Positions 11,027-21,229 of a stretch of DNA of 32,804 bases are shown piece after piece. The translations under genes were made by a program, and so were the position numbers. The stretch is from the NCBI RefSeq assembly GCF_004010195.1, contig NC_057718.1, positions 105,230,300 to 105,263,103 of the forward strand. Direction: 5' to 3'. Source of the DNA: Chiloscyllium plagiosum. Lineage: Eukaryota. The stretch's first letter is position 1. Each line of letters starts with the position of its first letter. The notes under the pieces are model-generated. The model saw only the letters and a program-made list of their open reading frames with translations, did no database searches and was not told the DNA's origin.

Positions 11027-11912
11027 TATGGGTTTGGAAGGTGCTGCCTCAGGATGGTTGGCAAATTCCTGCACTGCATCTTGTAGACAGTCACACTGCT
11101 GCTACTTGATGCCAATGGAGGAGGCTGTAGATATGATGCCAATCAAGCAGACTGCTTTATCCTGGATAAGGTCAATCTTCTGGAGTGCTGTTAGAGCTAT
11201 ACCCAACGAAGCAAGTGGGTAGCAATCCATCAAAACAGATTTGTACCTTGTAGATGACAGTCAGGCTATGGGAGTCAGGTGGGGAATTATTTGCTGCAGT
11301 ATTCCTAGTCTCTGACTTAGAGCATAGACTTGTACTCATTTATATTTATACAGCTAGATAGTTGAATTTCTGATTAACGGTAACCCCCAGGATGTTGATA
11401 GTGGGGGATTCAGTGAAGGTAACATCATCGAATGCAAAGGATGGTGGTTAGATTGTCTTTTATGGGAAAGTGGTCATTATCTTGGATATTGTCCAGGTTT
11501 TGTTACATTTTGACATGGACTGCTTCAGTATCAGAGGAGTCAAAATGTGCAATGTTCAGCAATAATCATTAATGAACATTCCCACTTCTGACCTTATGAT
11601 GGAGGATTTGTCATTGATAAAGCAGCTGAAGGTAGTTGTGTCTTGCACACTATCCTCTCAAACTCCTGCATAAATCTCCTTGAGCTCACATGACTTATCT
11701 CCAACAACTGCTCACATGACTTATCTTCCTTTGTGCCAGGATGCATCTTGAACCATTAGAATTTTCTCTGGATTTCCATTAATTCCAGTTTTGCCAGAGC
11801 TTTTTGATATCATATTCAGTGAAATGTAACCTTGATGTCAAGGGCTGTCACTCTCACCTCACCTTCTAGAAGTCAGCTCTTTTATCCATGTTTCAACTAA
11901 GGCTGTATGAGG
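11027..11912 (-). mobile_element. Fragment of a second CR1/L2-group LINE family (called family B here)
   Basis: Reverse complement of 11030-11105 (gcagcagtgtgactgtctacaagatgcagtgcaggaattt...gcaccttccaaacc) aligns by eye with 20493-20565 of the + copy. Decayed RT segments continue to ~11910. Confidence 0.75.
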
Positions 11913-12137
11913 TATAATGTAATGTAAACCCTTTAAAATTATAAAACCTTCATTCACCATGGACCACACTTTTGCTGTTAGACACCTGAAGTTAAATCCT
12001 TTTAGACCATACCTATATTTTTTTGTTTGTCAAGTGTTTTATTTCAACCACACACCATAAAATCCAGCTACCTCCTGGATGACTGTACTTTATATATTTA
12101 AATCCTTTATTTTGAAACATAGCCCAACAGACTGGTT

Positions 12138-12436
12138 GGTAGCACGTTGGCTCAGTGGTTAACACTGCTGCCTTACATCACTGGGGACCCAAGTTCGATT
12201 CCAGCTGTGGACAACTGTGTGTGGAGTTTGTACATTCTCCCGTATTGGCACAGGTTTCCTCCGGTGCTCCAGTTTCATGCCACAGCCCAAAGATGCACAC
12301 ATTAGGTGGATTGGCCAGGCTAAATTCACGATTACAGGGATAGGATACAGTCTGGGTGAGATGTTCTTCAGAGGTTGGTGCTGACACTCTGGGCAAAATG
12401 GCCTATTTCTGCACCATCAGGATCTTATGATTCTAT
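12138..12436 (+). mobile_element. HE1/V-SINE-type tRNA-derived SINE
   Basis: A box TGGCTCAGTGG (12148-12158), B box GTTCGATTCC (12193-12202), V-domain-like core gtttcctccggtgctccagtttc...ccaaagatg...ttaggtggattggcc, and CR1-derived tail aatggcct...atgattctat. Confidence 0.88.
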
Positions 12437-12439
12437 AGC

Positions 12440-12669
12440 ATACCTCTGAGCAGAAGTTGAATCCATATCCCTAGCTCAGAGGTAGGGCCGCAAGTACTGT
12501 ACCACAAGAATCTTGAACAATTTACAAGCATAACCTATCAGGGGCCCTCTGGGCCATTTAGATATTTTCTAAGCAACCTGTGTGACCATAACATATATCC
12601 AGACAGGTAGGACTTGAACCCAGGCCTTCTGGCTTAGAGACAAATACCACTGTGCCACAAGAGCCCTTC
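12440..12669 (-). mobile_element. tRNA-headed repeat with two head units in tandem
   Basis: Minus strand unit 1: gggctcttgtggcacagtggta...ggcctgggttcaagtcctacc (A and B boxes). Unit 2, ~150 nt on: gattcttgtggtacagtac...ctctgagctaggga...ggattcaacttctgctc. Confidence 0.6.
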
Positions 12670-12769
12670 AAGAATGCCTACAATTAACTAACTAGCTCAC
12701 AACATGTGTTTGTTTGGTTACCTTTAAACCCTAGGTATTTAGCATTCTATTAACAGAATTAGAAACTAA

Positions 12770-13036
12770 CAACCACCATCACCTACAAGGAAGGAGAACA
12801 GCAGATGTATGGGAATGTCACTGCCCGTCCAAGCCACTCACCATCCTGACTTGGAAATATATCACTGTTCCTTCACTGTATCGGAGTCAAAACCCTGAAA
12901 CTCCATCCTAACAGCAATGTGGGTCTACGCAACTTGGACTGCAATGGGTTCAACGCAGCTCACCAACATCTTCTCCAAGACAATTAGGGATGGGCAGTAA
13001 ATGTTTAGCTAGTGATGCCAAATCCCACGAAATAAA
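12770..13036 (+). mobile_element. 3' end of family-B LINE
   Basis: ccaagccactcaccatcctgac...caattagggatgggcagtaaatg...aataaa parallels 20560-20812. Confidence 0.8.
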
Positions 13037-13145
13037 CACTGGATCCCCACTGAATTTCATAGTGATTGAATATGCAGATCATGTATTAATGGCAGTATAC
13101 TGCACTAGAGCACTGCAATATTATAGTGACTCAGTCTTTAAAGTA

Positions 13146-14408
13146 CAGGTCATTCTCCTAGAACGCACATTGCATCAATGCAATTTGGCCATAACGTGAC
13201 CGGTGAACTGGGGAACGAATTTTAATAAAATGCAAACTCCCGTTAGCTATTACGCAATTCCATCCCTGGTTACATTAAGTCCACGTTAGGTGGTTACTTC
13301 AGGTCAGGATCTTTTTGTTGATGTTTGAGGATGTTTGTAGAAAGTATTGCCAAGTAAAGATTTGGATTTCAGATTCTCCTCTTTTTGAGTAATGCACCAA
13401 GCCATCCTCCCAATGTTGGTGAGCTTTCTGAAAACATCTAAGTGCTATTTCTACCTCCAAACACAACCTCTCATTCAAACCATGGACCTGGCTGTAATAG
13501 CAACTTTTAATGCTTATTATTTAAGGCGCACATTCAGGAAGCTGATTGCAGCTACTGAGAAGGATAATGAGGACAGTGTACTTGAATTTTAGAAGAGTTT
13601 TAACATCAAGAATGCTATTGACATAATTGTGGAGGCCTGGGGTGATGTCAATAAAGACCACTTGCATGCAGTTTGGCAGAAGTTTCTCCCAGATTTTCTT
13701 CAAGATTTTAAAGGTGTTGAACCAGAGGAGCTTCCAGCTCTTCTTGCAAAACAAGTTGGGTTTGAAGTGGAGACAGATCTATTTGTTGCTTACGATAAAG
13801 ATAATGTCCAGGATGCAACGCCATGAGAACTTTCCACTTCTCTTTTGTCTTCATTCCAGTGTGAAGGCGAGAAGCAGTTGCAGCTCTTAGAAGACAATGA
13901 CTACAATGCAAAACAATGCAGTTTGTGGCATAAAGCCTTATCTGGCATCCTATGAACAGCTTCTTCACGAAAGAAGAAAGGTGGCAAAGCAGCAAAAACT
14001 AGATGCCTTCTTTAAGCAAACCCCCAAGAAAAAACAGTCTGAGGACAAGAACCATAGCCATCTACTTCTGAATTAAATATTTTATCTTGTGACCCTGCAC
14101 ACAGAACAGCACCTGAAAGTAATGATGCTGATGATGACCCTCAGCTTGATCTTAATTCAGAAAGCTCAAACCCCTTAGAGTGTTAAATTTATTGTATTAT
14201 TTCATTAAAAATACAATTTTAACATTTACTTAGACCACGCTATAGTTTCTGTTGGACTAACTACTATTTTTGTTTTGGTTTATACTGATATTTTTGGTGG
14301 TTTGCCCCTAACCCTAGTTTTCCCATAGATCCGGTTATTTCAATTGCGCAATTTTCTATAACACCAAGTTACACAAGAATGCAACTATTGTTATAGCAGA
14401 ACAGACTA
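13146..14408 (+). mobile_element. Internally deleted Tigger/pogo transposon with decayed DDE transposase C-terminal half
   Basis: Frameshifted FLPPNTT..IQTMDLAVIATFNAYYLRRTF...F*KSFNIKNAIDIIVEAWGDV...AVWQKFLP is typical of Tigger DDE_1 transposases. TA flanks at 13144-45 and 14409-10. Degenerate TIRs (12/19 identical, core TTCTnCTAnAAC). Confidence 0.85.
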
Positions 14409-14696
14409 TATGAATACTTTGTTGTCTGGAATACACTCAGACTAAATTATGTTTATTAACCTCCATCTCCATGACAGTCAACAGGATATGACTGATGAGT
14501 GTACCTTTACTATCAACTAATCCTGGACAAGATCTTGCCTCATCCTTATTCTGAGCAATCCCTTGTTCATTAATGGGTAAGCAATACCACAACTGATCAG
14601 GAAGTGTACAAAAAAAGCATTAATAACGTAGGTTTGCACATCAGAAGCATCAGTTTGATTCCAAGCAATCTTTACATTATAACACCAGCAAATTAC

Positions 14697-14994
14697 CTTA
14701 ACGTCTGCTCTTGTCTTGTCAGTTACTTCCATGAGAAATTCACACCGTCTTCCATTTGGTGGATTCAAAAGGTGGCGAAGAATGTTAAGGTCAACTGTTG
14801 CTCCCAGATTATCGATGTTAGATACAAAAACATATTCTTTGCCCTCTTGCAAAAAGGTCTGCAACAATCCAGAGTTGTAAAAACTCGCATAGATATCTCC
14901 ATGACCTGGTGGATACCAGGCCTCAGCATTGTCCCCAGACAGAGATAATCCCTTGGCTATTGGAAGCAATGACTCTTTATCAATCCGTGGATAC
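14697..14994 (-). CDS. UGP2: UDP-glucose pyrophosphorylase exon (298 nt, equivalent to human exon 6)
   Basis: (R)YPRIDKESLLPIAKGLSLSGDNAEAWYPPGHGDIYASFYNSGLLQTFLQEGKEYVFVSNIDNLGATVDLNILRHLLNPPNGRRCEFLMEVTDKTRADVK. Acceptor cctcag at 14995-15000, donor GTAAT from 14696. Its phase-2 start matches the preceding exon. Confidence 0.97.
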
Positions 14995-15239
14995 CTGAGG
15001 AGCAAATCAGAAAAGAAGGCCTTGAACTGAAAGGAAGGAAAAAGAGAAGAGAGCCAGACAAATCTCCCAGAATTTGCAATACTTAAGTTATACGAAATTC
15101 ATTATTGTACCAGCTATAATTGGGCAAAAATTGAACTATATATGCACTGGTTGACAAAACCATAGATGGAGAGACAGAAATGTAGCTAGAAAGAGAAATT
15201 GTGAGTTAAAGATAGAGGACAAGCATACACCCTGCCTCC

Positions 15240-15900
15240 TCTCAAAACCTTCCACAACCAAGAGTTGTTTTTAGAAAAGAGACTAATCTGTCTTCGATAT
15301 AGGCTTGGAGAGTCTCTTTCAAACTGCCCCGTTCCCAGTCTGTGGCAAAACAGAAACTAATGGCCCAAAAACTTGCAAGGCAACCTTCCATGATCACACT
15401 ACAGCCATGAGGAAAAGGAAGGAGGAAAAATATAACTTTCTTACAGTCACAGAGCATCATGTGACTTTATCAAGGGCCATATTGCTACCAAGGCAGGGGA
15501 CAAAACCAGATTTGGAAGGATTTAACCAAGGGGTTCCAGAGAGAGATAAATTTGAGGCGCAACAACACAGCCAAGCACATTGGAAAGGAAAGGGGGATGG
15601 GATGGAAGTTTACAAGGATAGATGGGTTTTCAGAGGAGGAGCAATTATGAGCAATGTCAACTAAGATGGGAGTGGGGTAAAATTCAAGGCTAATAGGTTC
15701 AGCAAGGATAGGGTCAAGGGAGCAGATAATGAGTCACATGTACAAGAGAGCACAAAAGGCAATAGTAGAGAAAGAGAAAGATAAAAATTATGGACTAGGG
15801 CAGGAGGAAGCCTTAGAGGCAGCTACTGGCTACGAGAATGAAGGAAGCTGTCAGATTGGATGGTCTCAATATAAAGGCATGCACAAACTGTGTAAGATTA
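15240..15900 (-). mobile_element. Very old L2-like RT relic
   Basis: Minus strand near 15455-15520 reads SGFVPCLGSNMALDKVT, resembling the L2 RT motif QSGFRxxHSTETALxKVTND. Purine-rich + strand. Boundaries uncertain. Confidence 0.45.
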
Positions 15901-16064
15901 GCTCTTTGCAATGTTTTTCTCACTGTTGTGTTGAGTCAGAATGGTACAGACACTGTATTTATACTGCCCCCATTGTAGACTGATCTAAAGGCGGAAAATT
16001 GATTAGATGAACCGAAGTCTGTTCTTATTTTGGAGGTGACAGCAAATGTTGATGCCAAGACTTA

Positions 16065-16199
<135 letters not shown>

Positions 16200-17218
16200 C
16201 TAGCAAATCAAGTTTGATTTACATTTGTTAGGAAGTTCACATTCAAATGTTAATCACTATTTGTGATAATATTTTATTGATATTAACACTTCCTAAATGT
16301 AAGCTAACCTTTCATAATTAGAATTTGAACCACAGTAACCCAATTACCATAGTGGTTGCTTATTTTATAAAGTTTTATTTTTCCTTTTGTTCGAGCATTT
16401 TTATAAAAAGATCCAAACAAAATAGTATTCCAACTATGGTCTCAAAGACGACGAGAGAAAGGAGGAGATTTTAGCAAAGAAAAAGTGTGATCTCAGCAGT
16501 GGGGAGGCAGAGAAGTTTCAAGAAGGTAACCCCCAGCACAGCATGGAGTCTGGGGAGGGGATGATGCACAAAAGGCTAGAGGTGAAAAAAAGCAGATTGA
16601 CTCAACTCCATAAGAACTAGGAGCAGGAGCAGGTCACCTGGATCTTTGAGCCCACTCCGCCATTCAATAAGATCATGGCTGATCTATTCGTGGCCTCAAC
16701 TCCACTTCCCCGCCCTCTCACCATAACTCTTCATTCCTTTACTGTTCAAAAAAACCTGTTTTATAAATATTTGAGGAAGTCTCAACCAATTCACTGGGCA
16801 GGAAATTCCATAGATTCACAACCCTCTGGGTGAAGAAGTTCCTTCTGGATTCAGTCCTAAATCTGCTCCCTCTAATCCTGAGGCTACGCCCTCTTGTCCT
16901 AGTTTTGCCCAATGGGAATATCCTCTCTACTTCTATCTTATCTATTCCCTTCATAACTTGAAATGTTTCTATAAGGTTCCCCCCCTCCCCGCACCTTCCC
17001 ATTTTTCTAAATTCCAATGAATGTAATCCCAGTCTACTCAGTCTCTCCTCATAGACCAACCCCCTCAACTCCAGAATCAACCTAGTGAACCTCTTCTGCA
17101 TCCCTTCCAGTGTCAGTACATCCTTTCTCAAGTAAGGAGACCAAAACTGCACACAGTACTCCAGGTGTGGCTTCACCAGCAATCCTATACAGCTGCAACA
17201 TAACTTCTCTGCTTTTAA

Positions 17219-17305
17219 TTAAAAATCACACAACACCAGGTTATAGTCCAACAGGCTTAATTGGAAGCACACTAGCTTTCGGAGCGACGCTCCTTCATCA
17301 GGTGA
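17219..17305 (-). mobile_element. 87-bp Penelope-like terminal-repeat insertion with 14-bp TSD
   Basis: Perfect direct repeat TTCTCTGCTTTTAA at 17205-17218 and 17306-17319. The insert carries a hammerhead core on the minus strand. Penelope assignment is from recall of this motif architecture. Confidence 0.8.
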
Positions 17306-17315
17306 TTCTCTGCTT
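17265..17315 (-). ncRNA. Minimal type I hammerhead ribozyme motif
   Basis: 5'-AAGCA gagaau CAC CUGAUGA A GGAGC guc GCUCC GAAA GC UA^GUG UGCUU-3'. Core boxes at 17301-17295 and 17280-17277, 5-bp stem II, palindromic AGCU stem III, and CAC/GUG stem I. Activity untested. Confidence 0.7.
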
Positions 17316-17628
17316 TTAAACTCAATCCCTTTAGAAACTCCCATCACAACTACTACCGATCCTTGACAATAATTTATGGACATGTCAGCTGACTGAAGAA
17401 CCATCACTGTTTAGAACCTTATTTATCTTACCTTTTGGAATAGAGGTAGCAGTCAGAAGTTGCTGATCATATTTCAGCAGTACTCCTATGGTGACTTCAA
17501 TCTCACAGATGACCTCAAACACTGAAGTTGTTCAGGGATCTAGCCAAGGAGCCACACAGCTTCACCTGACATCTGCACATGCAACACCAACATCAACTGT
17601 AATGTCCCACCACAGCTATTAGTTATCT

Positions 17629-17680
17629 GTCCTCGGATGCTGCCTGAATTGCTGTGCTCTTCCAGCACCACTGATCCAGA
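17629..17680 (+). mobile_element. 52-bp Penelope-like terminal-repeat fragment with 12-bp TSD
   Basis: TATTAGTTATCT at 17617-17628 and 17681-17692. Insert tcctcggatgctgcctgaattgctgtgctcttccagcacc matches 25729-25768. Confidence 0.82.
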
Positions 17681-17793
17681 TATTAGTTATCTTTGTCTAG
17701 TCCAGGTTTTGATTCTAAAAGCTTTTATCTATTATGTAAATGGACGAGTACGATACGATAGCGCAGTGAATTAATGCATCCTATCAGAAACTA

Positions 17794-18090
<297 letters not shown>

Positions 18091-18284
18091 TTAAGCTGTA
18101 TTCAAGATAACAAAGTGTAAAAATCTGCTCAAAGTTCAAAATGACAACTGATGAATAGATTGTTTGATTGCACTCTTTTGTTTTAAAAAGTCTGCATTTT
18201 GTCACTTTTTTTTAAAAGTTAGAGTAGTGTTCTTTCTAAATTTCATTGAATAAAGTCTCCCATATTCCTTTAATGTGACAATTA

Positions 18285-18645
18285 TAAGTGGGTAGCACTT
18301 TTATATCCGTGTCAGAATGTTAAGATTCAAATCCTGCTCCAAAGACTTGAGCATGAAAACCATGGCGTACTCCCAGTACATTGCTGAGGCAGCATTGCCT
18401 CAGATTGTCATCTTTCGGATGCAACATTAAACTGAGGTCCTTTCTACCTTCTCAGATAGACTTAAAGGGTTACACAGCTATTCAAGAGGAACAAGAGCAT
18501 TCTTCCTAGTGTTCCAATTTATGTTTATCATTTTAACATCACTGACAGATTAGCGGGGTTGTGAGTATAACAGTGCTTGTTAAAATCATACTTTATTGGA
18601 TGCACAGCATTTTTGGACATCCTGAGGTTGTAAAATAGAAATGAA
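18285..18645 (+). mobile_element. SacSINE1/DeuSINE-like SINE, near full length, decayed
   Basis: tRNA-like head agtgggtagcact...gtcagaa...gattcaaatcc, Deu-domain-like tctttcggatgcaacattaaactgaggtcc, and tail ttggacatcctgaggttgtaaaa. Family name from recalled consensus. Confidence 0.72.
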
Positions 18646-18654
18646 GACAACAAT

Positions 18655-18817
18655 AAGACTTAGATTTATATAGCACCTATCACAAATTTGAGCTATGTCA
18701 AACTGCTTCACAGCCAATCATGTACTTTTTGTAACCGCTCTAAATGAAGGCATTATGGCAGGAATTTGCAGACAATTAAAATTCCATAAACAGCAACATG
18801 ATAATGACTAAGTTATC
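18655..18817 (-). mobile_element. 3' half of a SacSINE1-like SINE
   Basis: aagacttagatttatatagcacct...cttcacagccaatcatgtactttt...aaacagcaacatgataatgac is the reversed tail of this family. It stops at the TA preceding the Tigger end. Confidence 0.7.
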
Positions 18818-18819
18818 TA

Positions 18820-19092
18820 CAGGGGAACCTCAGTTATCCGAACGAAATGGGTGGGCACTATTTCATTCGGATAATTGCTTATTCAGTTAATCAATTCAAT
18901 GCCTTTCCTCTGGGGCTCGGGAGTTTTCTATTAAGTCTGCTCCCTGTTGAGGAGACTACAGCGCACCATGCATGCACGTGAGGCCCCACCCCCAAACCCC
19001 ATCCAACACCACCCCAAATGCTCCTGCCCACCTCCACACCCCATCCAACACACTCACACCCCCCCTACCCCTCAACCCTGTCCAAAACCGCC
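18820..19092. mobile_element. One end of a Tigger/pogo-like non-autonomous element
   Basis: TA|CAGGGGAACCTCAGTTATCCGAAC, with subterminal inverted repeat ttatccgaacgaaat...atttcattcggataa and then C-rich repeats (cccatccaacac x2). No matching opposite TIR seen. Confidence 0.55.
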
Positions 19093-19094
19093 AT

Positions 19095-20812
19095 GCACAT
19101 CAGCACAAGAAGTAACCTCATGGCCAGGGGTGTTCCCACTTAACCATTACCATCAAGCCAGGGGATCAATCTTGTTTCAACAGAAAGTGCAAGAGGGCAT
19201 ACCAGAAGCACCATGAAGCATATCTGAAAATGAGATATCAACCTGATAGAGTCACCAAACAGGATTACTTGCATGCCAAACAGTGTAAGCAGCAAATGAT
19301 CTTCCAACCAAAGGATCAGATCAAAATTGTGCAGTCTTGCCACTTCCAGGAATGAACGATGGCAGATAATTAAATACTCGCTGGAGGAGTCAAGATTAGT
19401 GTCATGCTGGAAAAGCACAGCAGGTCAGGCAGCAGAGGAGCAGAAAAATCGACATTTCGGGCAAAGGCCCTTCATCACCACTTTCACCCAACTCATTGGA
19501 GGAGGCAGGTCCACAAATATCCCCATCCTTAATGATGGAAGAGACCAACACATCAGTGCAAAAAATAAGGCCGAAGCATTAGCAGCAATATTCAGGCAGA
19601 GGTGCTGAATGGATGATCCATCTCAGCCTAATCCAGTTGTCCCCGGCATCACAGATACCACTCTTCAGCTAATTTGACTCAATCCACATGATATCCAGTA
19701 ATGGTTGCAGGCACTGGATATTGCAAATGCTAAGACCCCTCAACATTCTGGCAATAACACTGAAGACCTATGCTCCCAATCATTAGTAAAGTCATGGATG
19801 GCAACATCAGCAATGCTCTCATCAGCACCTGCTCAGCAATAGCTTGCTCAGTGACGCCCAGTTTGGGTTCCGCCAGGGCCACTCAGCTCCTGACCTAATT
19901 GAACAATAGCAGTGAATTCCAAAGTGAGTTGAGTTACACCCCTAATATCAAGGCCACATTCAACTGAATGCGGCATCAAAGAGTCCTAGCAAAATTGGCA
20001 TTAATGGATACCATTGGGCAAACTCTCTGCTGGTTGGAGTCATACCTGACACAGAGGAAGATGATTGCGGATGTCAGAGGTCAGTTATCTCGGCTCCAAG
20101 ACATTTTTGCACAAGTTGCTGAGGCAAGTTCTAGGCCCAACCATCTTCAACTGCTTCATCAATAACCTTTCCTCCATCACAAGGTCAGAAGTGGGGCTGT
20201 TTGGAGGTGATTGCATAATGTTCAGCACAGCTTGCGATTCCTCAGTCCATGTTCAAACACAAGATCTGGACAATATCCAGACTCAGGCTTACAGGTAACA
20301 TTTATAACATAATTGTTAACTATCCACCATCTCCAAGGCACAAGTTGAGAGTGTTACTGAATACTCCCCACTTGTCTGATGGATGCAGCTCCAACAACAT
20401 TCAAGAAACTTTACACCGGCCAGGGTAAAGCATCCCTTTTGATTAACACTGCATTCAAAATCATCCACTTCCTCCATCACTGATGCTCAATAGCAGCAAT
20501 GTATACCATCCACAAGATGCATTGCAGGAATTTTCCAACGATCCTTAGATAGCACCTTCCAAACCCATTACCACATCTATCTAGAAGGACAAAGGCAGCA
20601 GATAAATGGGAACATCACCCTCCAAGCCACTCACTATCCTGACATTTTCCTTCAAAATCCTGGAATTCCTTCATTAAAGGGAATTATGGGTTAATTTACT
20701 GCACAGACTTCAGCAGTTTAAGGAAGCAGGTCACCATCACCTTATCAAGGGCAATTAACAATGGATAATAAATTCTGGCCAGCCAGCAATGAATACATTT
20801 GAGTGAATAAAA
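19095..20812 (+). mobile_element. Family-B CR1/L2-group LINE, 3' ~1.7 kb
   Basis: RT remnants QFGFRQGHSAPDL, HQRVLAKL, WLESYLTQRKM and VLGPTIFNCFINNL..GLFGGDC (decayed FADD). 3' end aagggcaatt...aataaattctggccagccagc...gtgaataaaaa. Confidence 0.85.
19390..19490 (-). mobile_element. Penelope-like terminal-repeat fragment with damaged hammerhead core, nested in the family-B LINE
   Basis: Minus strand (g)UGAUGA A GGGC cuuu GCCC GAAA UG UC gauu at 19478-19447. Flanked by ACTCGCTGGAGGAG (19376-19389) and ACTCATTGGAGGAG (19491-19504), 12/14 identical. Confidence 0.78.
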
Positions 20813-20821
20813 ATGAAAGGA

Positions 20822-21050
20822 TCAGGCACTGGAAGAACGCCACTCCTCTACACTGAAATAGTACCTTGAATCCCTTTAATTTCACCCAGGACAAGACAGA
20901 GCCTTGATTTAACACCTCATCTGGAAGACAGTAGCTCTGACTGAGGAGCACACCCCCCGTACTGCGTCTGCAGCAATTTACATGCAAGTGCTCAAGTCTT
21001 TAAAGTAGGACTTGAATCCACAACCTTCTGACTCAGAGGAAGGTATGCTT
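20822..21050 (-). mobile_element. 5' half of a SacSINE1-like SINE
   Basis: Minus strand cctctgagtcagaaggttgtggattcaagtcctactttaaagacttgagcac...tcttccagatgaggtgttaaatcaaggc. Roughly collinear with the 3' half at 18655-18817. Confidence 0.75.
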
Positions 21051-21099
21051 ATGAATGTTTCCTCTTCATTTCTGATTGTTAGGCATGACAAACAGTTGT

Positions 21100-21229
21100 A
21101 TTATAACAATGTATTTGAGATTGCACATTCATCTTGCACAGTTATCTTTTTATTGGGAGTCTTGTGTGGGAGAGGCTGAATGGCCTACCCTGCTCCATTC
21201 AAATTATAACAATGCATTTGAGATTGCAC
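21100..21229. repeat. 27-bp direct repeat flanking a 76-bp segment
   Basis: ATTATAACAATG(T/C)ATTTGAGATTGCAC at 21100-21126 and 21203-21229, one mismatch. The insert ends in CR1-tail-like ggctgaatggcctaccctgctcc. Confidence 0.85.

Larger units (their letters stand above)
16609..17340 (-). mobile_element. CR1 LINE 3' fragment, interrupted at 17219-17305
   Basis: LVKPHLEYCVQFWSPYLRKDVLTLEGMQKRFTRLI...FFTQRVVNLWNFLP (16739-17182). Tail cataagaactaggagcagg on +. Confidence 0.92.

Noticed and set aside
12138..12205. tRNA-like A and B boxes (also near 12610-12660, 18290-18335, 21000-21050 and 29590-29640)
   Set aside because: No convincing cloverleaf; they sit within SINE-like repeats, so they are SINE heads rather than tRNA genes.
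14517..14696. ORF-track extensions of UGP2 exons past the splice sites
   Set aside because: Homology ends exactly at GT/AG boundaries; the extensions are intron read-through.
18947..19216. Proline-rich 89-aa ORF
   Set aside because: Arises from C-rich low-complexity DNA in the Tigger-like fragment and spans a repeat junction.
19447..19478. Second hammerhead on the UGP2 sense strand
   Set aside because: The first core C is replaced by G, stem I is lost and the ACGU palindrome is mutated to AUGU, so it is not called functional.
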